Source: Mobula hypostoma
Taxonomy: Eukaryota
Length of the DNA stretch: 64,000 nucleotides
Assembly: GCF_963921235.1 (NCBI RefSeq)
Contig: NC_086097.1
Span: 179,926,001-179,990,000, forward strand
Reading direction: 5' to 3'
Under the pieces are notes generated by a model. That model was not told where the DNA came from. It worked only from the letters and a program-made list of their open reading frames with translations, and ran no database searches. The position numbers and the translations under genes were made by a program. Positions within the stretch are counted from its first letter, which is position 1. Each line of letters starts with the position of its first letter. Positions 51,050-64,000 of the stretch are shown in pieces.

Positions 51050-51690
51050 GGCATCATAGGTAGCGAAGGCTGTAAGGAAGGTGTTTGGCATGGTGGCCTT
51101 TGTCAGTCAGGGCACTGAGTATAGAAATTGGGATGTTACGTTGCACTTGTATGAGCTACTGATGAGGCCACACCTGGAATACTGTGTTCAGTTTTGATTA
51201 CCTTGCTACAGTCCTGTTAAGTTAGAAAGATTACCCAGGACTCGAAGGTCTGGGTTTATAGAGAGAAGTTGGACAGGTTAGGAATCTATCTCTTGGGGGG
51301 TAGAAGACTGAGGAATGACTTTATACAGGTGTATAAAGTAACAAGGGGCACAGATAGGCTAAATGCACACATTGTTCCCCCGTCCCCCAGAAAAGGGAAT
51401 CAAAAGTTAGAGAGCGTTAGTTTAAGGTGAGAGATGAGAGATTTAAAGGGAATCTGAGAGGCAACATCTTCACGCAGAAGGTGATGGGTCTATTGAATGA
51501 GCTGCCAGAGGAAGTGGTTCACACAGGTACAATTGCAACATTTAAAGACAATTAGACAGGAACATGGATAGGAAAGATTTAGAGATATGAATCAAATATA
51601 GGTAAATGGGACTCACTTAGATGGGTATCTGGGCCAGCATGGATGAGTTGGGCCAAACAGTCTGTTTCCTGCTGTATTAGTCTAAGACAA
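51050..51690 (+). mobile_element. CR1 3' fragment (old)
   Basis: gaggccacacctggaatactgtgttcagttt and other collinear CR1 sequence. Confidence 0.75.
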
Positions 51691-53184
51691 AGCAGCCTAC
51701 TCTTCATAAGAGGCATTGGGAGTGTAGGACCAATGTCATAGAGAATTACTGGAACAAGACTATTAGTTTTTATTGGTGTACTATTGCCATAAATACAGGC
51801 AAATTATTCTGTACACTAGTGCCTCAAGGTAGTAAAAAGTAAAACAGAATGCAGAATATGGTGTTAAGCGTTACAGAGAAAGTGCAGTGCAGGTAGACAA
51901 TCAGGTGTAGGGGCCATGAGGATAAGACCAAGAGTTCATCTTCAGCGTATGAATGCACTAAAAGGGAGAAGAGATGTGACAGTCTGGCTGAACAGAGAAG
52001 TTAAATACCAATTTGCTTAAGGTGAAGAAGGATTTTAAAACAATAAATAAAGACAGAGTAGGGTGGTTGGCAGTTGGACGTCAAGGATTTAAGGAATGTC
52101 AGGGAAAATAATTAGATGGCCAGTTGCCGTGACCAGGGAGAAGCTGCCCAAGGGAGCAGATTCAACAGAGGCTTCCAAAAAGGAGCAACATCTGAAGTTG
52201 AAAATGAGCAGAAAACTCTGTGTTACTGGGAGATGCTCCCTGTACAGTATCTGTGGGCCGAGTGACGGGAGGTTTGAGAATGATGCGAGTTCATTTTTGA
52301 ACTCAAGGTGATGCTGGGTGCTGGTGGAATTCAGCAAAGACAGATGGGCCAGGCACGAATGTTTCTTCTTCACACCTCCATCATCTTGGTGTCACCAAGG
52401 CCAGCATTTATTGCCTCTCGCTGCCTGGCCTTGAGAAGGTGGGGGTAAGCCACATTCTTGAACCACTGCAGTCTTACTGGTGAAGATGCTCCCCTGGTGC
52501 TCTTGCGGAGGGAGTTCTGGGATTTAGAACCAGTGACAGTGAAGAAATGCCAATACATCTCTAAGTCAGGGTGATGAGTGACTTTGAGGGGAACCTGCAG
52601 GCGGTGGTGTTGCCCTGTACCTGCTGTCCTTGTCCTTCCTGGTGGTTGAAATGGTAGCTATGCTTTGTCAGTGCCGCACACTGTGACCACTGGTGGGGGG
52701 AGATGGAGAAGTGCTTAGTTTTCTTTTCACTATCTCGATGCACTTATCTATGGAATGATCTGTATGTATGGCACACGAGCCTTTAACTGTTTCTCAGTAC
52801 ACATGACAATAATAAACCAATGTTGCTACTGGTCTTGTTCCAGTAAATCTCCGTGACATCAGTCCTATCCTCTCAACACCTTTTCTGATGCCAGGTGTTT
52901 GGAATCAAACAGTACAGTATGGATCTTACCAGAGCTAAAATGTTATCAAGGCTTAGAATAAACTCCTTACTGTTGTATTCATTTACAAAAACCAGACAGG
53001 CTCCTAGTCACACAGCACAGAACAGGCCCTTCAGCCCATCAAGTCCATGCTGAACATCAAGCAGTAACTTTCACTAATCACTGATCTCATTTTCTATCAT
53101 CTACACACCAGGAGCAACGTACGGTGGACAACTAACCCACTGACCCCGCACATCTTTGGGATATTGGAGTAAACCAGAACACCT

Positions 53185-55490
53185 GGGGAAAGCCAAAGGT
53201 GTTTGCAAACTATTTGGAAAACAGAACTTTAGGAAAGCTCCAGGCCCTGAGGACATCCCACCTGGTACTCTAAGGCACTGTGCAACTCAGCTAGCACCTG
53301 TCTTCATCAAGATATTTAACACCTCCCTGCAATTATGCAAGGTTCCAGACTGCTTCAAAGTTGCTACAATCGTTCCATTTCCCAAGAAAGACAAGATCAC
53401 TGGACATCAGTCACTCTGACTTCGGTAATTATGAAAACCTTTGAACGTCCGATGTTGGTCTACCTTAAGTCCATTACTAATCCCCTTCTTGACCCACTAC
53501 AGTTTGCTAATAGAGTAAATTGCTCAGCTGAGGTACAGTTAACTTGTGTCTTCATTACATTCTTTAACATTTGGCCTCCCCCAACACCTATGTGAGGATC
53601 TTGTTTGTGGATCTTAGCTCCGCTTTCGACACAATTGTTCTGGAGTTGCTCCATAGCCAGCTAACCCAGCTAGCTGTACCCTGCAGTTCCTGTCAGTGAA
53701 TTATGAACTTCCTGACTGGAAGAAAGCAGTAAGTCAGCCTGGGGTCCTACTTGTTCAATCCAATGTCTATAAGCACAGGCTCTCCCCGGGGCTGTGTTCT
53801 TTCACCCCTTCTGTTCTCACTTTATATAAATGACTGTACCCCCACAGACAAATACATTAAAATCCTAAAGTTTGGGAATTACTGTAGTTAGTTGAAACTC
53901 TATAATGACGTGACCTGTTATCAAAGAGAGGTAGGCCGTCTCTGTAGCATGGTGTGCCTGAAACAAACTGAAGTTTAATGCTATTAAGAGAATAGAAATG
54001 AGGATCGACTTCTAATGAGAACCCCCTACTTGCCCCACCCTATTGGAAATTAATGGTCAGACTGTGTCTGTGGCCGAGTCATTCAAATTCCTGGGGACTA
54101 CATACTCATAGTCATACTTTATTGATCCCGAGAGAAATTTGTTTTTGTTACAGTTGCACCATAAATAATTAAATAGTAATAAAACCATAAATAATTAAAT
54201 AGTAATATGTAAATTATGCCAGGAAATGTCCAGGACCAGCCTATTGGCTCAGAGTGTCTGACCCTCCAAGGAGGAGTTGTAAAGTTTGAAGGCCACAGGC
54301 AGAAATGACTTCCTATGACGCTCTGTGCTGCATCTCGGTGGAATGAGTCTCTGGCTGAATGTACTCCTGTGCCCAACCAGTCCATTATGTAGTGGATGGG
54401 AGACATTGTCCAAGATGCATGCAACTTGGACAGCATCCTCTTTTCAGACACCACCGTCAGAGAGTCCAGTTCCATCCCCACAACATCACTGGCCTTACGA
54501 ATGAGTTTGTTGATTCTGTTGGTGTCTGCTACCCTCAGCCTGCTGCCCCAGCACACAACAGCAAACATGATTGCACTGGCCACCACAGACTCGTAGAACA
54601 TCCTCAGCATCGTCCAACAGATGTTAAAGGACCTCAGTCTCCTCAGGAAATACAGATGGCTCTAACCCTTCTTGTAGACAGCCTCAGTGTTCTTTGACCA
54701 GTGCAGTTTATTGTCAATTCGTATCCCCAGGTATTTGTAATCCTCTACCACGTCCACACTGACCCCCTCAATGGAAACAGGGGTCACCGGTACCTTAGCT
54801 CTCCTCAGGTCAACCACCAACTCCTTAGTCTTTTTTACATTAAGCTGCAGATAATTCTGCTCACACCATGTGACAAAGTTTCCTACTGTAGCCCTGTACT
54901 CAGCCTCATCTCCCTTGCTGATGCATCCAACTATGGCAGAGTCATCAGAAAACTTCTGAAGATGACAAGACTCTGTGCAGTAGTTGAAGTCCGAGGTGTA
55001 AGTGGTGAAGAGAAAGGGACACAAGACAATTATCAATATATCGAAGTGGGACAAGTATGTTACACTCAACACTAGGAAAGCCCAGCAGAGATTGCTCTTC
55101 CTGCACCCGTTTAGGAAACTTAACATCTCAGGGTATTTCCTGATGGATTTGTACTCATTCATCATTGAGAGTGTGGTGACCACCTCTATCACTGTTTAGT
55201 TTCCCACTGCCTCCTCCCCTTCCAAGTCCAGGTGGCAGCGAGTGGGCCACTCAGCGGAGAAGATCACTGACTGTCAGTTACTGACATTAAAAGACCTGTT
55301 CATTGCCAGAGCTGAAAACATTGCTGTTGACTCCACCCTCCCGAGCAGTCACCTGTTCACCAAATTGCCGTTGGAGACGTTACAAGCCCATCATCACCAG
55401 GACTACACAACATCTCCAAAGCTTCTTTCCTGTAGCTATCCAGCTTCTCAACAAAACTTACTCAGGTGTTAATACCATAACTGTCCATAA
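53185..55490 (+). mobile_element. Rex1/Babar-clade RT element (degenerate), interrupted by a nested copy
   Basis: KAPGPEDIP...CFKVATIVP, LTSVIMKTFER, LDPLQFA; resumes with KAQQRLLFL after ~55025. Confidence 0.85.
54103..55025 (-). mobile_element. Younger Rex1/Babar element nested in opposite orientation
   Basis: PFLFTTYTSD...LQKFSDDS...KTKELVVDLRR...YKYLG and FYESVVASAI; aataaa plus short-repeat tail. Confidence 0.88.
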
Positions 55491-56709
55491 GACATAGAAT
55501 TAGGCCATTCAGCCCATCAAGTCTGTCCTGCTATTCTATCATGGCTGATTCTGGATCCCACTCAACCCCAGACACCTGCCTTCTCGCCATATCCTTTGAT
55601 ACCCTGACCAATCAGGAAACAATCAACTGCCACCTTATAGAAGTACATGGACTTGGCCTCCACCACAGTCTGTGGCAGAGCATTCCACAGATTTACAACT
55701 GTCTCTGCACAACATCTATTCAATGGTCCTTCCTGTTCTCCTTGTTCTGTCAATAATTATCTGTTTATATTTATTTAAGTTTGTTTATTGACCTTTGCGC
55801 ATATAACCATGCTGCTAATTATTGCTTGCTCATGTCTGTTTGCTCTGTTGTCTTGTAAACTGTTAATTGCTTGTGATGTCTGTTACAGTATTGCCCTGCA
55901 TTTTATGTTTGGCACCAAACCACAATCAATTCTGGTATGTTTCATAAATTGGCAATAAAGTGATTCTGATTCCGATACGATCACACAGCGAACATGAAAA
56001 CTCCACACAGATCGCACCAGAGGTCGGGTTTGAACCTGGGTCACTGAAACTGAGGCAACAGCACGATCTGCTCCCATCTTACTTCATTCATATTTCCAAC
56101 TTCCTCCCAATTCTTGATATTTATCTAAGCTTGGTTCATAACATACATCAAAAAGAGCAATGCTCCCACTGCAGGCTAGGTGGATCATCAGTGTACACTT
56201 CCCTTGGGTCTGAGAAACAAATGTTGTGCCAAGCTTTTTATTTCTATGACAGCCAGTGTCAAAGTGGCCTGTTAGTATGAGCTTCTGTCTTTTAAAACTA
56301 ATAAGTTATATTTCTTTATTAAAGTCCAGAAGCACATCAAACATCAATCTTCCCCATTACATCATCAAACAATTTAATTGTTAATTAAACTCAACTTGCC
56401 TCTATGAACAAGGGCTGCCTTTCCACATTTTTGTGTCATTCCAAGTGTCGGTTACCCAGCATTTCCAGTACTACTTCTATCTTTCCTGTTCCTCTGAGTT
56501 TGACGAGACTTTCCTTCTTTCTGAGCCTTGGCTTCTCCTCTGCTATCACTAACAAAGCCCCTGGCTGCATCTCAACCTTTTTCTGCACCTCTGCTTTCCT
56601 CCGGGACAGAACAAGTTCAGAGTTCCAGGGGCTGATAAAACCATCAGAGGCACACATGAGGCGGATGGTCACAGTCTTTTCCCCCAGTACAAGTGAGTCT
56701 AAATGCAGT

Positions 56710-57170
56710 CAGAGTCATAGAACACTACACCACGGAAACAGGCCCTTCAGCCCGTCTCGTTTGTGCTAAATCATTAATCTGCCCAGTCCCATCAACCTAC
56801 ACCTAGACCATACCCCTCCAATCCATGTACCTATCCAAATTTCTCTTAAATGTCGACATTGACCCCGCATCCACCACCTGAACCGGCAGCTCGATCCATA
56901 CTCTCATCACCCTCTGAATGAAGAGGTTCATCCTCATGTTCCCCTTAAACATTTCACCTTTAACCATGACCTCTAGTTCTAGTCTCACCCAATCTCAATG
57001 GAAAAAGCCTGCTTGCATTTAACCTATCCATACCTCTTATAATTTTGTATACTTCTATCAAATCTCCCCTCCAGGGAATAAAGTCCGAATCTATTCAAAC
57101 TTTCCCTATAACTCAGGTCCTCAACTCCTGGCAACAACTTTGTAAATTTTCTCTGCACTCTTTCTTACTT
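56710..57170 (-). mobile_element. CR1 3' fragment
   Basis: QRVMRVWIELP...FKRNLDRYMD. Confidence 0.8.
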
Positions 57171-58274
57171 GCATCTTAGTATAGATACTATACTCATACT
57201 TAGTATAGAGATGCAGAAGGCAGCCTTGCATGAGCAGATGTCACAGAGCAGGTTGGATGGGAGAAGAGTCAGGGATTTGGTCAACAGCAGACTGGCTGAT
57301 GGGCAAATGGTTGAAGGAGGCATTTCTTTATTCTGTTGCTCACCAGATCCAGTGGTCTTTCCACAAGCCAAGGGATATGAGCTCAGAGTCACACAGCACA
57401 GAAACAGGCCCTTCGGCCTATTGAGTCTATGCCAACCAGCAACTAGTTTCACGAATCCACACAGACGACAGTGGAGGTCAGGACTGAACCAGGGTCACTG
57501 GTTCTGTGAGGCAGTGCCTCTACCATCTGCATCAATATGACATGCACAAATGGTGGGGTGTAAAGAAAGGGTCAAATTTGTTTCCTTCTTGGTGTACCTA
57601 AAATGTGTAATACAAAATGGAAGTTTATAAAACAAATGGTGTTAATCTGAGATGTAGGAATGCTTTGAGAAAGTTCAAGGGAACCAGACCACAGCAACGT
57701 TTTGGGAGCTTAGCGTGAGTAGCTATCTACAGCCTTGAGAGTAGATAATGGTGAAAAACATGTTTGTCTGGGAAAGAAAAGAGTCAAGGATTTTGAAGAA
57801 TATAAAAAGGGGCTAGGTTGTGACTAGTGCTGAGAGCTAGACATCGAGACAATGAGAATGAGAGAGAGTGGGGGGAGGAGCGAAAAACTGGAAAGGCTGT
57901 CAGACATTTGCAGTTCCCTCAGACAGTACATTCTGTGACATGGCTCAGTAACTGGTTGATAAGAATTATTTTGTCTCCTTTACTACTTCATTAACCATTT
58001 TCATTATTTATTATTTTATCTTCCATATATGTACAATGCCTCATTTGCTTGCAAATACCTCTGCTGCAGAATCAGTAAAGAACATGGAACAAATGCTAAA
58101 CTTTTTTTCATTACATGGGAAAGAGATTCCAGGGAGGGTTTCTGGGCTGTGTCTCTCCATGACTAAAATCTCAACTGGTTCACTGATGTCCTCCACCTGC
58201 TGTGGCCGAGACACACTGTAACTTCAGGTTCACAACAACAAAGCTGTCCCTTCATTGCCTCTGAACGGGCAAGT

Positions 58275-58970
58275 GCACAGAGGAAATTATTGTCAACGTA
58301 CATATATGTTACCATATATTACCTTGAGATTGATTTTTCTTCCAGGCATTTTAAGGAAAAATAAATACAATAGAATCTACGAAAAAAATACATAAGCAAA
58401 GACTGATAAACAACCAATGTGCAAAAATAATATTGAGACCATGTGTTGTAAAGAGTTCCTGAAAGTGAGTCTGTAGGTCATAGAATCACTTTGGAGTTGT
58501 GGTGAAGTTATCTACTCTGATTCAGAAGCCTCATGTTTGTGGGCAATAACTGTTCCTGAACCTGGTGCTGTGGGACGTGCTAGTGAGAAGAGAGCATGGC
58601 TTGGATGGTGGGGGGGGTCTTTGAGCTGCTTTCTTAAGGTAGCTCTTCATGTAAATGTATTCAATGGTGGGCAGGACCTTACCTGTGCTGGACTCAGCTG
58701 TATCCACCACTTTCTACAGACTTTCTGTCCCTGGGGTGTGGGTGTTTCCATACCAGGCCATGATGCAACCAGATAGAATAATTTCTATGGTTCACCAATA
58801 GAAGATTGTCAAAGTTTTTGGTGATATGTCAAACCTACAGAAAGTTCTGAGAAAGTAGACGTACTGCTATGCTTTCTTTTTGCTGGCACCTACATGCTGG
58901 ACCCAGAACAGATCCTCTGATACGTTAACACCAGGGAATTTAAAGCTACTGACTCTCTCCCCTCCAGTGA
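58275..58970 (-). mobile_element. Rex1/Babar-clade fragment
   Basis: Similar to 22500-23250. Confidence 0.7.
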
Positions 58971-59619
58971 GTGACTACTCACTCAGTCCAACAACTGTTA
59001 GGGTGGGTGATCAGTGCAGGCTAGAACTGGGTTAAATTATAATTGCTGCCGTAAAGTTGTCAGTCCTCATCGTCCTTCCTCAAGGTCCACAACTAGAAAC
59101 AGGACTGGCGAAAAGCTGTATGACAAAAGTCTCCAACTGAACTGTTGACCTCGAGAGGCAGCCTGAGCAGCAAAAGTTAGAGGGTTAGAATGGAGTTCAG
59201 AGGGAAAATAAGTCAGCCATGATTGAATGGCAGAGCAGACTCACAAGGCCGAATAGCCTGATTCTGCTCCTGCTCTTATGGTCTTACATTAATCCTTCTT
59301 ACTTATCCCAACATTCTTATCAACTCCCTCAGATCCTACCTCTCATCTACATGCTAATTTACAGCGGCCAATTCACCTGCTGACCTTTGGGATGTGGGAG
59401 GAAACAGGATCAGCAGGGGAAAGCACACGGTTACAGAAAGAACATGCAAACTCCACACAGACAATGCCCCAAGTCAGGATTGAACCCAGGTCACGAGAGC
59501 TGTAAGGCTCTGTACTGCACCTCTGAAACCCAGGGGTAAAATTAAATCTGTCAATAATTTGGCAACAAACCAATAAATTTTATATTCAAGCAATTCGATC
59601 TTGCTTTCTAACAATGTGG

Positions 59620-60945
59620 CTGGCCTACTGATGAGCTGATTAACTTTGCCCTCAAATTCATTTGGTGCTTCTCTGACACCTCCCTCCCTTTTTTTGATCT
59701 GTCTGAAGTCAGACTGTCCATCAATATCTTTTATAAGCCTACTGCCTCTCACAGCTATTTTGACTGTATCTTTTCATCCTGTCACTTACAGAAATGTTAT
59801 TCCCTCTTCTCAGTTCCTCTGTCTCTGCCACATCTCTCCTCAGGATAAGGCTTTCCATTCCAGAACCTCCTTATTCAAAGAACAGGATTTCTCTTCTACC
59901 ACCATAGCCGCTGACCTCACCTGCATCTCCTCCAGTTCTCACACATCTGCCCTCACTTCATTCCCCACAGGGATAGGGTTCCCCTTGTCCTTTCGTACTA
60001 TTCCACGAGCCTCCAAATCCAGCACATCATCCTCTGTAACTTGCGCCATCTGTAAGAGGATCCTACTACCAAGTACATATTTCCCTCTCCCTGCTCCACT
60101 TTCTGTGGGGATTGTTCTCCAAGTGAATCCTCTGTCAAATCGTCCCTCCCTACTGATCTCCGTCCTGGCACTCACCCTTGCAAGTGTGGCAAGTGCTACA
60201 CCTGCCCCTCCATCTCCTCCCTCGCCATCACTCAGGGCCTTCCAGGTGAGGCCCGTAGGTCTGTCAGTGTCAGTTATTGTACCAGTGAGGCCTCTGCTAC
60301 ATCAGTGACACCCGGCACAGTTTGGGGGACCGCTTCACTGAGCACCCTCTCTCTGTCCACTACAAACAGCACGATTTCCTTGTGCCTACCTATTTAAATT
60401 CAGTTCATGACCTCCTCAACTACCACGATGAGGCCACACTCAGGTTGTAGGAGCAACACTTTATATTCCGTCTGGGTAGCCTCCAACCTGATGACATGAA
60501 TATTGATTTATCCAACTTCTGGTAATTACTCTCCCCCTTCTCTCTTTTTGCATTTCCCATTCTGGTTACCCTTTCACCCCTTTTCTCCTCAGCTGTCCAT
60601 CAGCTCCCTCTGGTTCCCCTCCTCCTTCCCTTCATTCCACTATCCTCTCCTATCAGATTCCTTCTTCTTCATCCTAACCCCTTTCAGTACTTTATTTCAT
60701 CCTCCTCCACCCACCCACCTTCTCCCTCACCTGGTCTCACCCATCACCTGCCAGCTTGTACTCCTTTTTCTCCCCCCACCATCTTATTCTAACCTCTTCC
60801 CCCTTACTTTCCAGTCCTGATGAGTCTCAGCCTGAAACACTGACGGCTTATTCCCCTCCATAGATGCTGGCTAACTTGCTGAGATTCTTCAGCATTTTGA
60901 GAGTGTTGCTCAATATTTCCAGCATCTGCAGAATCTCTTATGTTT
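59620..60945 (+). mobile_element. PLE 3' fragment (older)
   Basis: Collinear with 44440-45850 (NVIPSSQFLCL..ISPQDKAFHSRT); decayed hammerhead near 60812. Confidence 0.85.
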
Positions 60946-62439
60946 ATGATGAACTAATCTACCAGTTTCACAAGAGTAAACGACAAGTTTGTTTAAGACA
61001 AGTTGCCGGATGTATTTTGTATCAAGTCCTGTCTACATTAAGGCTGTAAAGTTACCTTTTCCTGAACTTAAACAGCACTAGACTAAGACGTGAGCAGATG
61101 AACCACTGCAGGCCAACTGTTCTCAGGTTCTTGACTGTGATGCTGTATAACTACATGAACCAGTATAAACACTTGAATAGAATCTCCAGATTTCATTGAC
61201 GGTAGAAGAGAGCTCAGTAACACCAAGGGCTGTGTGTAATCTTGTCTGTAAATCCCACAGAAGTATCCAGCTGCCAGAATTAATTCCAGGAGATCTAATT
61301 CACTGGGGCTGGATGTCGGAGTACAGCTGGTGCACTATAAACACAAGAGATTCTGCAGATGGAGGAAATCTTAAGCAACACACACAAAATGCTGGAGAAA
61401 CTAAGCAGGTCAGATAGCATCTATGGAGGGGAATAAACAGTTGACATTTCAGGTTAAGAGGTCAAGAAAGGAAGGGGGCAGAGCACTGATTGCAGGAGTC
61501 AGCTGACATATTGTGATGTGACTTTAATATCCTTTCAATACTTCTGCAGTCGATGGTAAGAACTATTAAGGGAGCAGAGTGAATAGAATTTCCTTTTCTC
61601 TGTCATTTGAGGCCTAGGTTCCAAAAGCATCTTGGCAGGAGGGAGCAGCACACTGGGTTTGGTTTCAGGCTAGAACAAGGCCAGGTCAGTACACATCAAC
61701 CACACGTCCACCTCTGGAATCACTCTCAATGGGGTAGGCATGCAGCTTCCTGCCATCGGCTAAGTAGGTCAAGTCCTTTTGTATTCAGTACTTTGCCCTA
61801 CTCTCACCACGCTCTCCACCACCTTGGAAACACTGATCCTGCCCACACTTCCAGGCAGTAGAGTTGCGCAGCTCTGAGTTCTGGTATTAACAGTGGCAAA
61901 CAGAGCTCAGTACAGATTGCTGTATAAGTGATAAGGACTGAGATTCCAAGGAGCTTTGATTTCGCCCTCATTTCCTGATCAGCAGGCACACGGATACAAG
62001 AAGTATTAGTAAATATGCTGGTGCAGAGACACCAGAGGATGCTTTATACTGGGACACAATCACCCAGCTGCAACATAACCCCACCTCTGGGGGCCAGCAG
62101 CAGATGGTAGCCTCAAGGGTAGATGGTCAGTGAAGGCTCAGCCTGGGCACAGGGGCCGCTCGTCACAAAGCAAAACTTGCGCCTCAGTTCACAATAATCA
62201 GATGTTCTGAAAAACTACTGCCAAAGAGTATGCCTTTTATAAAAACAAGGGCCACAACCATGGCCAGCTGTTCCCACATCTGCTTCCAATCAGTCACCTA
62301 ACCAACCCCGTCAGTAGATGGAAGGTTTATGTTCAAGCAACAAAGAAACCAAAGGAAATTGGTATCATAATGGGAGATGAGTGGAAACATGAGAGAGAGG
62401 AGCAGGAGTCGGCCAATCAGACCTTCAAGTCTATTCTAT

Positions 62440-63177
62440 TGTACGGGGTCTTTCTTTTTTTGTTAAATTTAAAATGGCTTCTTTGTTATGTTATACTGGG
62501 GAATGCTGAGAAAGTCTCTAACTAGACAGTTGCTTGGGTTATTAGAGAAAGCAGGGTAATATTAACCAATGGGTGGTCATGTATCATTTTGTTTTCGGAT
62601 ACGATGCTGTATCATATGACTGTGGACGGGGTTTTTGGGGGGGGGAGTCAGAGGAGAGACGGGGAGGACGGTGGACGGGGTTTTTGGCGGGGAGTCGGCG
62701 GAGAGACGAGGAGGACGATGGACGGGGTTTTTGGCGGGGAGTCGGCGGAGAGACGAGGAGGACGGTGGACGGGGTTTTTGGGGGGGGAGTCGGAGGAGAG
62801 ACGGAGAGGACGGTGGACGTGCGGAGAGGCTCCAGTTGATCACTTTGGGTGGTCCCGAGCCGTGAGTCGACAGGATTCGGGTGGTCGTCAGGAATCGATT
62901 GAGCTCCAACGGAGCGCGCGAAGAACTTGGACTTTGATAAGTGTTAGCACCTTTTTTTTTATCCCCCATTACTTCCCTTTCTGTATCGAATTTATATTAA
63001 TGTCATAGAATTAGTAATATCTATAAAGTGTACTTGTTAAAATTTAGTGGGTGTGCTGGCTGATGATTGGTGTTTGGGCTTGATTCGGGTGGCAACCGAC
63101 CCTGCGGGGAGCGTTGAGGCGGGTGCTGGGTGGGATTTCCCATAGACATATACGAGCCAATATAACTGAACGTTACA
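62440..63177. mobile_element. Solo LTR (738 bp) of an LTR retrotransposon/ERV
   Basis: Termini TGTACG...CGTTACA; 4-bp TSD ctat at 62436-62439 and 63178-63181; interrupts a CR1 3' remnant. Confidence 0.85.
62622..62819. repeat. G-rich minisatellite, ~4.2 copies of a 47-49 bp unit
   Basis: Unit gtggacggggtttttggcggggagtcggcggagagacgaggaggacg starting at 62622, 62671, 62718 and 62765. Confidence 0.95.
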
Positions 63178-63529
63178 CTATCATTTAATCAAACCATGGA
63201 TGCATTAAGTGACTCTTCAAGAGACAGTACCTCATCCATCATGAAAGACCTTCACCACCTGGCACAAGCCTTCTTCTCGAGACTACAACGGGGATGAGCT
63301 ACAAGGAGCCTGAAGACCCACATTTAATGTTTTAAGGACAGATTCTTCTGTTCCGCAATCAGATTTGTGAATGATCTGCAAATCCATGAACACTATCTAG
63401 TTATTTGTCCTTTACACTACTTACTTATTTTTTGTAATTTATAGCAATTTTTACATCTTACACTGTACTGCTGCCACAAGACAACGAATTTTGTGACACA
63501 CGTCAGTGACAATACATCTGATTCTGAGA

Positions 63530-63910
63530 ATGCAGACGCTGGGATCTGGAGCAAGAGAAACACCCTACAGGAGGAACTCAGGGGGTGAGGCAGCTTTTGT
63601 GGAGACAGAGGGGTGGTCAACATTTTGGGCTGGGACCTTCCATCAGGATTGAGAGTCTAGAAGAGGGCTACGCGGTAAGTGAGAGGGAGAGGTGGGCATG
63701 GGCCTGTAGGAGATGGGTGGAATCAGGTGAGGCGGGGAGGGGCAACCAAGAGGGGGACGGGAGGGGAAGGTTGGAAGTTGGCAGCTGGTGGGTGCCAGGA
63801 AGAGACTGATCAAGCAAGCGTGAAGAAGGGGCAAATATGGAGAGGAGGTGAAGATAGGATGGAAAGTGTAAGTGAAAGCATAAAAGGCAGCGGATCCCGG
63901 AATTTAATAT
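63530..63910 (-). mobile_element. PLE 3' UTR remnant
   Basis: Reverse complement of the PLE tail and pyrimidine-rich UTR. Confidence 0.7.
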
Positions 63911-64000
63911 CAGTACAATCGTAGCTTTTTCAGAATCAGAAGCAGGTTTATTACTGTTGATGTTGGACATGAAATTTGTTGTTTTGAGGCAGCAGTACAG

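Noticed and set aside
57174..57210. Small duplication cttagtataga with an agtatag/ctatact hairpin at a CR1 boundary
   Set aside because: Most likely a repair or insertion scar; too short to interpret.
62094..62111. CTCF-like motif ccagcagcagatggtagc
   Set aside because: Imperfect match at core positions; not supportable without ChIP or conservation data.
62573..63008. Gly/Arg-rich ORFs on both strands
   Set aside because: Translations of the LTR minisatellite. Not a CRISPR array either, since there are no unique spacers.
32947..64000. Search for LAMA3 exon 2 (..WWQSPPL..LDLGQ)
   Set aside because: No match seen by eye in the non-repeat stretches; presumed beyond the window. tblastn would confirm.

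Overview
Eukaryotic (vertebrate) genomic DNA, about three-quarters decayed retroelements by eye. The mix of repeats (abundant CR1, Rex1/Babar, Penelope-like elements, V-SINE) suggests a cartilaginous fish; that is an inference. One host gene runs on the minus strand: the 5' part of laminin alpha-3 (LAMA3, long alpha-3B form). Exons equivalent to human exons 3-11 (LN domain, LE1-LE3, linker) were read by hand. All have GT-AG boundaries and continuous reading phase (118, 119, 171, 98, 116, 119, 91, 132 and 63 bp). Exon 2 was not found, so 32947-64000 appears to be intron 2. Exon numbers and human comparisons are recalled, not searched. Most interesting observations: (1) a candidate extra 84-bp symmetric exon lengthening the linker after LE3; (2) an open read-through of exon 9 with a downstream AATAAA, resembling the mammalian netrin-like LaNt alpha31 isoform; (3) minimal type I hammerhead ribozyme motifs at Penelope-like element ends, including a ~230-bp fold-back mini-element with two back-to-back hammerheads and a 13-bp target-site duplication; (4) a structured RTE-like non-coding insert, a solo LTR with a G-rich minisatellite, and an inverted CR1 pair bracketing exons 3-9. 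Repeat boundaries are approximate unless a TSD is given.
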